A stretch of 49,126 nt of DNA. Origin: Candidatus Parcubacteria bacterium. GTDB taxonomy: Bacteria > Patescibacteriota > Patescibacteriia > UBA1558 > GWA2-36-10. Under the pieces are notes generated by a model, which did not search any database, had not been told where the DNA came from, and worked only from the letters and a program-made list of their open reading frames with translations. Position numbers and translations under genes: made by a program. How positions within the stretch are numbered: position 1 is the stretch's first letter; every line of letters begins with the position of its first letter. Shown here in pieces: positions 29,924 through 38,070 of this stretch. The stretch spans positions 1 through 49,126 of the forward strand of contig JABHSK010000009.1 of the NCBI GenBank assembly GCA_018669975.1. The letters run 5' to 3'.

Positions 29924-32900
29924 ATTTTAACTTATTTCTGGCTTGTTCTAATCTACGCTTAGTCTCAGCTACCACTTCTGGCGGAGCACTACTAGTAAAT
30001 TTTTCATTAGCTAATTTAATTTCTAAAGATTTTATATATTTTTCTATATCATTTTTCTCTTTATCCGACATTTCTCTACTAAGATCTATTAAAACCTTAC
30101 TACTATTTACATAAATAGGCTCAACGTCTACCGCCTCATCTATTAGATTGACTCTGGCCATCTTAGCCGCTAATTGTAGATAATCATCACTTAATATTGC
30201 GCTAACTAAGTTACAGTCTGGGAAGTCTGTTGGTGGAATCTTATTGGCTGCTTTCAAATTCCTCAGATTAACTACCAACTCTTTTAATTCCGCAAAATTA
30301 ATAATAGTATCTTTATCTACCTTGCCAACCTTGGGCCAATCGGCAACCATCAATAAATTTTCCTTATCAAAGTATTTCCAAATGTTTTCTGTCACAAAAG
30401 GAGTGAAGGGGTGACAAATAATAAGTAACCTCTCTAAAATATACAAAAGTATTTCGTCTTTATCTTTTTCTATTTTAGCAATCTCTAAATACCAATCAGC
30501 TAAATCATCCCAAGTAAAATGATAAAGTTTTTCGCCTGCTGAAGAAAACTTAAAATTATCTAAGTCCTTACTAACTTCATCAATCATCTCATTAAATTCT
30601 GATAAAATCCACTTGTCAGCTAATGTTTTAACCTTTGGTTGTTTTTTTATTGTTTTAACTTCAGACACAGACGTTAAAATAAAACGAGAAATATTCCAAA
30701 GCTTATTAACAAAGTTTCGATAGCCAGCAATCTTTTCCTCATAGACTCTAAGGTCTGCCCCTAGTGCTGAACCAATAATTAGAGAGAGCCTCAGAGCATC
30801 AGTACCAAATTTATCTATCATATCTATAGGATCAATGCCATTACCCAGAGATTTGGACATTTTACGGCCATCCTTATCACGAATCATCCCGTGCAAATAA
30901 ACAGTTTCAAATGGCTTATCTTCTAATAGGTACTCTGTCATTAATATCATCCTAGCCACCCAGAAAAATATAATATCATAGCCTGTTTCCATGACAGTGG
31001 TAGGATGAAACTTTTTAAAATCTTTAGTTTTTTCCGGCCAACCTAAAGTGGAAAATGTCCACAGAGATGAAGAAAACCAAGTATCTAAAGTATCTGGATC
31101 TTGAACCCAACCTGATCCTGTAGGCTTTTCTAAACCTACATGTATTTCGTTTTGTTTTTGATCTAAATTATATTGATGGGCTCCTAGTGGGGCATGTACA
31201 TTTAAAGAATCTTCACTAAAATCTCCCCCATTAAGAATAATTTCGAAAGTTTTCCAAGTACCGCTGTGTGCTACTATGGCAATCCTCTTATTCTTATACT
31301 TATTGGCGACTTCATCAAAAAAGAGTTGCACCCTATCTCTTACTTGTTGATAGGTCTCTCCATTAGGGAAGCCCTTTACTCTGTGCTTATCAATTAACGA
31401 GCCACTTTTATCCGTTAAATCACCAAAATCAACCTCCCTTAGTCTATTATCTTCTATAACTTTTTTACCTGGGAATAATATACTCGCCGTGTCTTTGGCT
31501 CTAGATAAATCAGAAGAAAATATAACATCGAAATCGTCAGGGTTTATTTCTTTGGCTATTTCCTGAGCTTGTACTACCCCTTTAGCGGTCAACTTATAAT
31601 CCTTATGTCCAGCACCAATTTTTAAAGCATTAGCCTCTGATTGCGTATGTCTAAAAAATGTAATTTTAATACCTGTTTTATTCTTTTTGTACCAAACCGG
31701 AATTCTGTGTCCCCACCATATTTGTCGAGAAATACACCAGTCATGTAAATTATCCATCCAGTTATGGTAAGTTTTAACAAAGCGTTCTGGCACTATCTCT
31801 ATCTCTTTATTTTTGACTGTCTCACTAGCCAACTGTTTAAGAGTCTTGCCGCGACCAGGAATTTCTTTATCAACAGCTACAAACCACTGTTCAGAGGTAA
31901 GTGGTTCAATGGCAGTTTCACAACGATAACAAATAGATAGGTTATTTTTTATTTCTTCTATTTTGTCTATTTGCCCAGCTTGCTCTAAATCCTTTACAAA
32001 TGCTTTACGAGCATCCAAAACTGCTATACCTTTATATTTTCCACCTGACTCCATTACCTGACCCTGCTCATCGATCAATTTAATTGTTTGCAAATTATGC
32101 CTTTGAGCAAAATTATAGTCAGCAGCACTATGTGCGGGTGTTACACCTACTACACCTGAACCAAAATCCTTATCTACCTCCTTGTCTGCAAAAACTTTAA
32201 CCTTAATTTTGTGTCCGGCCAAATCAATATCTAATTCTTGACCAACATACTTCTGATAACGCTCATCCTCTGGATGCACAGCTACACCAGTATCTGCCAA
32301 TTTCGTTTCTGGACGAGTCGTAGCCACTATAAATGGTCCATACTTAATATAGTATAGTTTTGCATCCTGCTCTTGATATTCAACCTCATCATCAGCCAGG
32401 GTTGAAGCGCAGCGTGTACACCAATTAACTATCCTATGACCTCTATATACTAATTCATCTTCATACATACGTACAAAGGCTTCATTGACCGCCTGAGACA
32501 AGCCTTCATCAAAAGTATACCTTTCTCTAGACCAATCACAACTTGAGCCCATACGACGAGTTTGATTCTTTATATTACCCTGTGATTGAGTCACATACTC
32601 CCTAACTCTTTGCAAAAACTTTTCTCTGCCTAATGTTTCCCGGTCTGTGCCCTCTTCAGCTAATATCTTCTCAACTTTTGTTTGAGTAGCAATAGCGGCA
32701 TGGTCTGTGCCTGGCAACCACAGTGTTTTGTATCCCTGTAAACGCTTATAACGAATCATTAAGTCCTCATAGGATAAGGCAGCTGCATGACCAAGATGAA
32801 GAATGCCAGTAGCATTTGGTGGTGGCATAGAAATGGTAAATGGCTTACCCTTACCTTTAAGATTGTCAGGATTAAATAAACCTGATTCTTCCCAAAGTCT

Positions 32901-32960
32901 ATAAATATCCTTTTCATGCTGCTTCGGCTCGTAGGCCTTGGCCATTTCTGTTATTGTCAT
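29922..32960 (-). CDS. valS: Valine--tRNA ligase with an inserted histidine-phosphatase domain
   Basis: PPPNATGILHLGH, DHAAIATQ, TTRPET, DWCISRQIWWGHRIP, DTWFSS and KMSKS; start moved to ATG 32960 downstream of the T-box. Confidence 0.95.
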   Translation of the reverse strand: MTITEMAKAYEPKQHEKDIYRLWEESGLFNPDNLKGKGKPFTISMPPPNATGILHLGHAAALSYEDLMIRYKRLQGYKTLWLPGTDHAAIATQTKVEKILAEEGTDRETLGREKFLQRVREYVTQSQGNIKNQTRRMGSSCDWSRERYTFDEGLSQAVNEAFVRMYEDELVYRGHRIVNWCTRCASTLADDEVEYQEQDAKLYYIKYGPFIVATTRPETKLADTGVAVHPEDERYQKYVGQELDIDLAGHKIKVKVFADKEVDKDFGSGVVGVTPAHSAADYNFAQRHNLQTIKLIDEQGQVMESGGKYKGIAVLDARKAFVKDLEQAGQIDKIEEIKNNLSICYRCETAIEPLTSEQWFVAVDKEIPGRGKTLKQLASETVKNKEIEIVPERFVKTYHNWMDNLHDWCISRQIWWGHRIPVWYKKNKTGIKITFFRHTQSEANALKIGAGHKDYKLTAKGVVQAQEIAKEINPDDFDVIFSSDLSRAKDTASILFPGKKVIEDNRLREVDFGDLTDKSGSLIDKHRVKGFPNGETYQQVRDRVQLFFDEVANKYKNKRIAIVAHSGTWKTFEIILNGGDFSEDSLNVHAPLGAHQYNLDQKQNEIHVGLEKPTGSGWVQDPDTLDTWFSSSLWTFSTLGWPEKTKDFKKFHPTTVMETGYDIIFFWVARMILMTEYLLEDKPFETVYLHGMIRDKDGRKMSKSLGNGIDPIDMIDKFGTDALRLSLIIGSALGADLRVYEEKIAGYRNFVNKLWNISRFILTSVSEVKTIKKQPKVKTLADKWILSEFNEMIDEVSKDLDNFKFSSAGEKLYHFTWDDLADWYLEIAKIEKDKDEILLYILERLLIICHPFTPFVTENIWKYFDKENLLMVADWPKVGKVDKDTIINFAELKELVVNLRNLKAANKIPPTDFPDCNLVSAILSDDYLQLAAKMARVNLIDEAVDVEPIYVNSSKVLIDLSREMSDKEKNDIEKYIKSLEIKLANEKFTSSAPPEVVAETKRRLEQARNKLK

Positions 32961-32971
32961 AAACTTTATAT

Positions 32972-33175
32972 AAAAAATAAAAACGCAAGTACTTGCGTTT
33001 AAGGGTCCCATAAACATGAGACGGTACCACCTTAATTCCTGCGAAACACCCCGAGCAATCGAAGGGTCCTACAGACACTTAATTCCTGCACAATAACGGG
33101 CGCACCCCGGTAGGTTCTAGTCTCTTAAAATAAGATTTCTTCCTACAACTACCCAGGCGACATTAATCCTGGATT
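32972..33175 (-). promoter_or_regulatory. T-box riboswitch leader of valS (Val GUC specifier)
   Basis: Antiterminator AAGG-UGGUACC-GUCUCAU/AUGGGAC-CCUU; F-box CCGUUA; Stem II GUAGG/CCUAC with AGAA/GAA internal loop; short Stem I AUCCAGG-AUUAAUGUCG-CCUGGGU; downstream hairpin AAACGCAAG/CUUGCGUUU plus U-rich tail. Confidence 0.88.
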
Positions 33176-33204
33176 AAAACGTTTTTTATTCAATTGATAA
33201 TATT

Positions 33205-33233
33205 ACAATAATATAAATTACTATTTTAGTCAA
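33205..33233 (-). promoter_or_regulatory. Probable valS promoter
   Basis: TTGACT (33233-33228), 17 nt, TATTGT (33210-33205). Confidence 0.6.
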
Positions 33234-33648
33234 TGATAATTTTCCTTTTATCACCTTCTAAATTTTCTATTTTTATTTTAATAGTACTATCAGGTAAATT
33301 AATAATTTTATCAGCCCATTCAATTACTACCACGGAATTATCAAAAGCCAAATAATCACTTAGACCAATATCAGCTAAATCCTCCTGCCCTTCCAATCGA
33401 TAGCAGTCAACATGAACTATCCTTCTTATCTTACCAACTTCTACGTCATAAACTTTCATTAAAACAAAAGTCGGACTAGTAATATTTTCTTCTACCCCCA
33501 TAGCTTTAGCCAGCGCCTTAACAAACACTGTCTTGCCAGCGCCCAAATTACCAGATAGAGCCAAGACTTCGCCCCCCTGTAAACTTTTGGCTACCTCCTG
33601 GGCTATGCGACCTGTTTCTTCTACATTGTTACTTATATATTCTTTCAT
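33226..33648 (-). CDS. tsaE: tRNA threonylcarbamoyladenosine biosynthesis ATPase TsaE
   Basis: LSGNLGAGKT, ITSPTF, HVDCYRL and IEWA motifs. Confidence 0.95.
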   Translation of the reverse strand: MKEYISNNVEETGRIAQEVAKSLQGGEVLALSGNLGAGKTVFVKALAKAMGVEENITSPTFVLMKVYDVEVGKIRRIVHVDCYRLEGQEDLADIGLSDYLAFDNSVVVIEWADKIINLPDSTIKIKIENLEGDKRKIIID

Positions 33649-33656
33649 ATCTTATA

Positions 33657-34709
33657 TTATATTTTATTTTTGGTTAATTGCCAATTAGACTTTGGTTGTA
33701 GCTCGAAAATATCCCTACCCTTTAATAACCCTTTAGTGGATTTTGATAATCTATAATAAGCTGCAGCAGCTACCATAGCAGCATTATCACCACTGTGCTT
33801 TATGTCTGGTGAAAAAAATGGTAGTTGCATACTCTTAGCCGTAGCTGTTAAAGCTTGACGTAGAGCAGTGTTGGCGGCTACGCCACCTGCCACCATAATT
33901 GAACTTACCTTATATTCTTGAGCAGCTTTGGTAGTTTTAGAAATCAAAATATCTACTACTGCCTGCTGAAATGAAGCGCACATATCCGCTACGTCCTGTT
34001 TATTTATATCTTTTTTCTTCTCCAGGGTATATAACACCGCTGTCTTGAGTCCGGATAAACTAAAATTATAATTTGGTTTATCCAACATCGGTCGTGGTAA
34101 CTTATAAGCCTGATTATTTCCTTGCTCAGCTAATTTACCAACTATTGGTCCACCTGGATAACCAAGTGATAACAACTTGGCTACTTTATCAAATGCTTCT
34201 CCTACTGCATCATCGATGGTTTGACCAATTAATTGATACTCTCCATGATCTTTCATTAAAACTAATTCTGTATGACCACCAGATACAATTAATACTAGAG
34301 CTGGAAAATACTGCTGACTATTTTTTACCAACTCTGAATTACTTAGCCAATTGGAGTACACATGTCCTTCCATATGATTAACTGGTAATAGTGGTAAGTC
34401 ACTAGCATAAGCTAGAGCTTTAGCAGTCGCTATACCCAAAAGAAGCGCAGACACTAAACCTGGCCCAGAAGTGACCGTTATATAATCAATGCCCTTTAAT
34501 TTATTTTTACCTAAGGTATTGTCAATTAGAGGAATAATTGTTTCTAGATGTTTACGGGCAGCTACCTCAGGTACTACTCCACCATATTTTTTATGAATAT
34601 CAATTTGAGAATAAATCTGATTTTTTTCCAACTGCAAAGAACCCTTATCGCCCTTTAGTAAGGCGATAGCTGTTTCGTCACAAGATGATTCTATGGCTAA
34701 TACTTTCAT
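33657..34709 (-). CDS. tsaD: tRNA N6-adenosine threonylcarbamoyltransferase TsaD
   Basis: IESSCDET, GGVVPEVAARKH, NHMEGH, VSGGHT, DDAVGEAFDK, GGVAAN and DNAAM motifs. Confidence 0.96.
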   Translation of the reverse strand: MKVLAIESSCDETAIALLKGDKGSLQLEKNQIYSQIDIHKKYGGVVPEVAARKHLETIIPLIDNTLGKNKLKGIDYITVTSGPGLVSALLLGIATAKALAYASDLPLLPVNHMEGHVYSNWLSNSELVKNSQQYFPALVLIVSGGHTELVLMKDHGEYQLIGQTIDDAVGEAFDKVAKLLSLGYPGGPIVGKLAEQGNNQAYKLPRPMLDKPNYNFSLSGLKTAVLYTLEKKKDINKQDVADMCASFQQAVVDILISKTTKAAQEYKVSSIMVAGGVAANTALRQALTATAKSMQLPFFSPDIKHSGDNAAMVAAAAYYRLSKSTKGLLKGRDIFELQPKSNWQLTKNKI

Positions 34710-34785
34710 ATGTATAATTATAACAGATTTGCTAATTTAAATTAAAAAGAAGCTTTTGTCAATTCCCTAAGAACACCCTTAAACC

Positions 34786-34832
34786 TTGACAAATAAGCGT
34801 TTTTATGTAAAAATAGTCAGTTCGTACTTTAA
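34786..34832 (+). promoter_or_regulatory. Promoter plus boxA-like motif of the cupin gene
   Basis: TTGACA (34786-34791), weak -10 TAAAAAT (34808-34814), GTACTTTAA (34824-34832). Confidence 0.55.
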
Positions 34833-34878
34833 GTTTACCTAATATTAAGCTATACACACTCAAACTTGGAGGTAAGTC

Positions 34879-35379
34879 ATGCTTATACTGCCCGATGCTC
34901 AAAAGGTAGCTATTATCGATCCCAGAAAAAAAATGGGAGAAGAAGGTCAATATACCACTCACACTGGTAGCCAAGAAGCTCTCGAAACCGTCATCGGAGA
35001 TGCTCGCGAAGCAGGAATGGAACTTCGCTACTATTACACCGATATGTCCGATGGTAACGGAGAAAATGTGCCAATCAAGGTGATTGTCACCGAAATCCCC
35101 CCTTATCACGTACAGCCATTCCACACCCACTCCAATGTCCATGAAGTTTCCACAGTCCTATTTGGTGAAGTGGTCGCTGTCGACAGCGATACTTTAGTGG
35201 AAGCAAATCACCAGGAAATTGAAGAAGTGGGTACTGTAGTCAAACGAGGTGGCTCGATAATCGCCGATCGTGGTGTGCGACACACTGTCGCTAACTTCTC
35301 TGACAGTGTAGCTGTCTTTATCACCCAAAACGTTCTACCTCTGCCTAAGGGCGAGGATTTCGAACCTGATTGGAAATAG
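34879..35379 (+). CDS. Cupin-domain protein
   Basis: PFHTHSNVHEVSTVLFGEV and GVRHTVAN cupin metal motifs; SD GGAGGT. Confidence 0.8.
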   Translation: MLILPDAQKVAIIDPRKKMGEEGQYTTHTGSQEALETVIGDAREAGMELRYYYTDMSDGNGENVPIKVIVTEIPPYHVQPFHTHSNVHEVSTVLFGEVVAVDSDTLVEANHQEIEEVGTVVKRGGSIIADRGVRHTVANFSDSVAVFITQNVLPLPKGEDFEPDWK

Positions 35380-35389
35380 CTAAATATCC

Positions 35390-35414
35390 ACGGGTCCCAA
35401 GGGGCCCGTTTTTT
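35390..35414 (+). terminator. Cupin gene terminator
   Basis: ACGGGTCCC-AA-GGGGCCCGT-TTTTT. Confidence 0.8.
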
Positions 35415-35679
35415 ATTGCTTTATAGTTTCTTCGTATTCTGGAAAATACTCCTGTATTACTCGGAGATTGAATTCTTTGAGAATTGATTCCTGGGGCTCA
35501 TTGTCTAATAAAAACATAAATGAATTTAAAACCAATTGTCCTGGCGTAAGCTTTTCTTCGGTAAGCTCAATCCAGTGCTCTCTTTCTAAAGTCACTTGAT
35601 ATTCATCTTGACCAATGGTTACCACAAACAACCAGTCTCCGTCCTTAGCTTTTTGTTCTTTTATCTTGATATTGTCCAT
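35413..35679 (-). CDS. Small hypothetical protein (88 aa)
   Basis: Compact ORF with a family-like C-terminus (SFMFLLDNEPQESILKEFNLRVIQEYFPEYE); function unknown. Confidence 0.75.
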   Translation of the reverse strand: MDNIKIKEQKAKDGDWLFVVTIGQDEYQVTLEREHWIELTEEKLTPGQLVLNSFMFLLDNEPQESILKEFNLRVIQEYFPEYEETIKQ

Positions 35680-35724
35680 AATAAAATTATATAGTAAGGT
35701 TTAGTTAGTTAGATATATTGTAAT

Positions 35725-36366
35725 ATGCCTAGAAAAAAAATACAAAGATTCAAAGAATTAGAAAAATTGAGTAACGTAGCTCAGTTGTCACAAACTGATG
35801 CTAAACAAAAATTACAAAATTTTTTAAACAACTCTAAACCAACCTTAGAGCTAGCTTGCGGTAAAGGTGAATACACCATTGCCTTAGCTGAAAGATTCCC
35901 TGATATGAAATTTATTGGCATTGATGTACAAGGTGAAAGAATTTGGTATGGTGCTAAACAAGCTTTGGATAAAAAACTAGACAACGTCTTTTTTTTAAGA
36001 GTTCAAATAGAAGACTTACAAAAATACTTTACTGATAATTCAATAGCAGAAATTTGGATTACTTTTCCAGATCCCTTTCCACGCAAGAAGCAAATCAAAA
36101 AAAGATTAACCTCGCCACGATTTCTACAAATTTATAAACACCTATTACAGGCAAAAGGATTAGTAAACTTAAAAACAGATGATGAATCACTATTTGATTA
36201 TTCTGTAGAAATGGCAGAGGCTATCGGGGCTAATATCATTACACACATAAAAGACATTTATAACCAAAGAGTGAGCCTGCACTTACTTGATATTCAAACA
36301 TACTATGAAAAAATACACCTGGAAAAGGGTGCGACTATAAATTACTTAAAATTTAACTTTAATTAG
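35725..36366 (+). CDS. trmB: tRNA (guanine-N7)-methyltransferase TrmB
   Basis: LELACGKGE, FIGID, ITFPDPFP, KRLT, LKTDD and TYYEK motifs. Confidence 0.93.
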   Translation: MPRKKIQRFKELEKLSNVAQLSQTDAKQKLQNFLNNSKPTLELACGKGEYTIALAERFPDMKFIGIDVQGERIWYGAKQALDKKLDNVFFLRVQIEDLQKYFTDNSIAEIWITFPDPFPRKKQIKKRLTSPRFLQIYKHLLQAKGLVNLKTDDESLFDYSVEMAEAIGANIITHIKDIYNQRVSLHLLDIQTYYEKIHLEKGATINYLKFNFN

Positions 36367-36373
36367 TTTATAT

Positions 36374-36402
36374 TGACATTTTTTATAAAATATGGTATAA
36401 TG
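36374..36402 (+). promoter_or_regulatory. Sigma70 promoter of the surface protein gene
   Basis: TTGACA, 17 nt, TATAAT with an extended TG; coordinates approximate. Confidence 0.65.
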
Positions 36403-36430
36403 CTCTATTCCCTAAAATTAAACTAGTGAT

Positions 36431-37843
36431 ATGAAAAATTTCTTAAAAATATTCTTAATATTAGTACTATTTACTGGTATTTTAGCTCCTAAAGCTGACG
36501 CCTCAGGTAATTTGCTTATCAATAATATTAGTATTGATAACTTTATTAATGGCTCAGCTGAAATAAGATGGCGCACTAGCGAAACTAGCCGTGGCTTAGT
36601 TTATTTTGGTGAGGATAGAGAAAATCTGAACTACTTTGTTTCCTCAGGTAGCTATCAAAAATATCATCGCGCCTATTTCAATGGTCTAGAAGAAGATAAA
36701 ATTTATTATTATAAAATTATAGCTTTTACTCGTGACGGTGATGGTTCTGAAACTTTTGTTCAAAGTTTTAACACAAATGATATGATAGATACCGTTAAGC
36801 CTGATTTTACAAATGCAGAAATACTGCACACTACCGGTGATACCGTCAGCCTGTCCTGGTCAACCAATGAAGAGACGGTGGCCCAAATATACTATGGTGA
36901 TGATTTAGATGAAATGAATAGTGTAGCCAACTATGGAGCATTCCATAAAGACCATGAATTAATTATCTACCATTTAGCTCAAGGCCAAAGATTCTATCTA
37001 AAAATAATTGCTAAAGATAGAGGTAATAATACTAAAAGTTCAGATATATTTATCTTTAATACTCACGGACCAAATATAAGTAATGCTGTATTAGAGCTCT
37101 ACGATCTCGAACCTCTAAATTTTAATGAAGACCTAATCCAAGCCAAACAAGTAACTGTAAAATTTAAAAGTAATTTAGTATCTAGAAGTCAAATTTGGTA
37201 TGGTACTGCACCTGGTGCATACACAAAACTTGAACAAATCAACCAAGCTCTCCGTGATACTGAACATAAAATAACTCTAAAGGGTCTTGAACCCAATACA
37301 AGCTATTATTATATAATCGACCTATATGATGGGCTCTATGGTCGAGCTAAACGTACACAAGAATATAGTTTTACTACTCAACCAGAACAAAAACCATACG
37401 TGTTAGGAACAAAAATTGTTTCAGATGACATAGACAGTGATGGTGATGGCCTATCAGATAACTATGAAATAAATATAGGTACCAATCCGCTAGAACGTGA
37501 CAGTGATGGTGATGGTTATTCAGACGGCACTGAAGTACGACATGGGTATGACCCAAATGGTCCTGGAAAAATAATTAAATTAATTTATAATAAACCTAGA
37601 ATAGCTAACACCGTAGAGCAAGTGAAGGCTATCGAGCTTAAAAACTTACTAGAGAGTGAATTGGGGCAACTAAAATTAGGTCGCGAAGACTGGTTCACAG
37701 TAGTTAATGCTTACATCTACGGTGAGTATCCAGCACACGCCATTGCTCAAAGCATCCGCTTTGGTGGCAAGACAGTGCATCCAACTATTGGTTGGAATGC
37801 TTGGAAAAATACTAATGATTACCAAAGTTATATAAATCGATAA
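36431..37843 (+). CDS. Secreted surface protein: three FN3-like domains, Ca-binding DSDGDG repeats and a C-terminal domain
   Basis: Signal peptide (AxA site); three W/F-x-T/S...YG...H...L...Y-Y repeats; DSDGDGLSD and DSDGDGYSD motifs. Confidence 0.8.
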   Translation: MKNFLKIFLILVLFTGILAPKADASGNLLINNISIDNFINGSAEIRWRTSETSRGLVYFGEDRENLNYFVSSGSYQKYHRAYFNGLEEDKIYYYKIIAFTRDGDGSETFVQSFNTNDMIDTVKPDFTNAEILHTTGDTVSLSWSTNEETVAQIYYGDDLDEMNSVANYGAFHKDHELIIYHLAQGQRFYLKIIAKDRGNNTKSSDIFIFNTHGPNISNAVLELYDLEPLNFNEDLIQAKQVTVKFKSNLVSRSQIWYGTAPGAYTKLEQINQALRDTEHKITLKGLEPNTSYYYIIDLYDGLYGRAKRTQEYSFTTQPEQKPYVLGTKIVSDDIDSDGDGLSDNYEINIGTNPLERDSDGDGYSDGTEVRHGYDPNGPGKIIKLIYNKPRIANTVEQVKAIELKNLLESELGQLKLGREDWFTVVNAYIYGEYPAHAIAQSIRFGGKTVHPTIGWNAWKNTNDYQSYINR

Positions 37844-37848
37844 AAAAT

Positions 37849-37877
37849 AAAAAATCCTGTTCTTAGCAGGATTTTTT
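37849..37877 (+). terminator. Terminator of the surface protein gene
   Basis: AAAAAATCCTGTT-CTT-AGCAGGATTTTTT. Confidence 0.8.
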
Positions 37878-37897
37878 AATTATGGATAGCCATAAGT

Positions 37898-37926
37898 TTG
37901 ACACTCCCACCTGTCAGGAGTATAAT
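37898..37926 (+). promoter_or_regulatory. Consensus sigma70 promoter
   Basis: TTGACA (37898-37903), 17 nt, TATAAT (37921-37926). Confidence 0.8.
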
Positions 37927-38017
37927 ACTTGGCAGAATGCTGAAAAAAATAATACAACATAAAAAACGCTATCGAAAATACCGCTGCTTAAATTTTTTCC
38001 AAAAATATATTGAACAT

Positions 38018-38048
38018 AAAACGTTCCGTTAATCCGGGACGTTTTTTT
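38018..38048 (+). terminator. Leader terminator (attenuator candidate) upstream of the AsnRS-like gene
   Basis: AAAACGTTCCG-TTAATC-CGGGACGTTTTTTT lying between the promoter and the start codon. Confidence 0.7.
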
Positions 38049-38070
38049 ATAAGCTAATAATTAACAAAAA

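Noticed and set aside
31150-31680. ValRS insertion as an intein or intron
   Set aside because: There is no Cys/Ser start, His-Asn end or LAGLIDADG motif; it is in frame and has His-phosphatase motifs.
32961-33017. ValRS N-terminal extension in the ORF track
   Set aside because: It lies within the T-box antiterminator and terminator.
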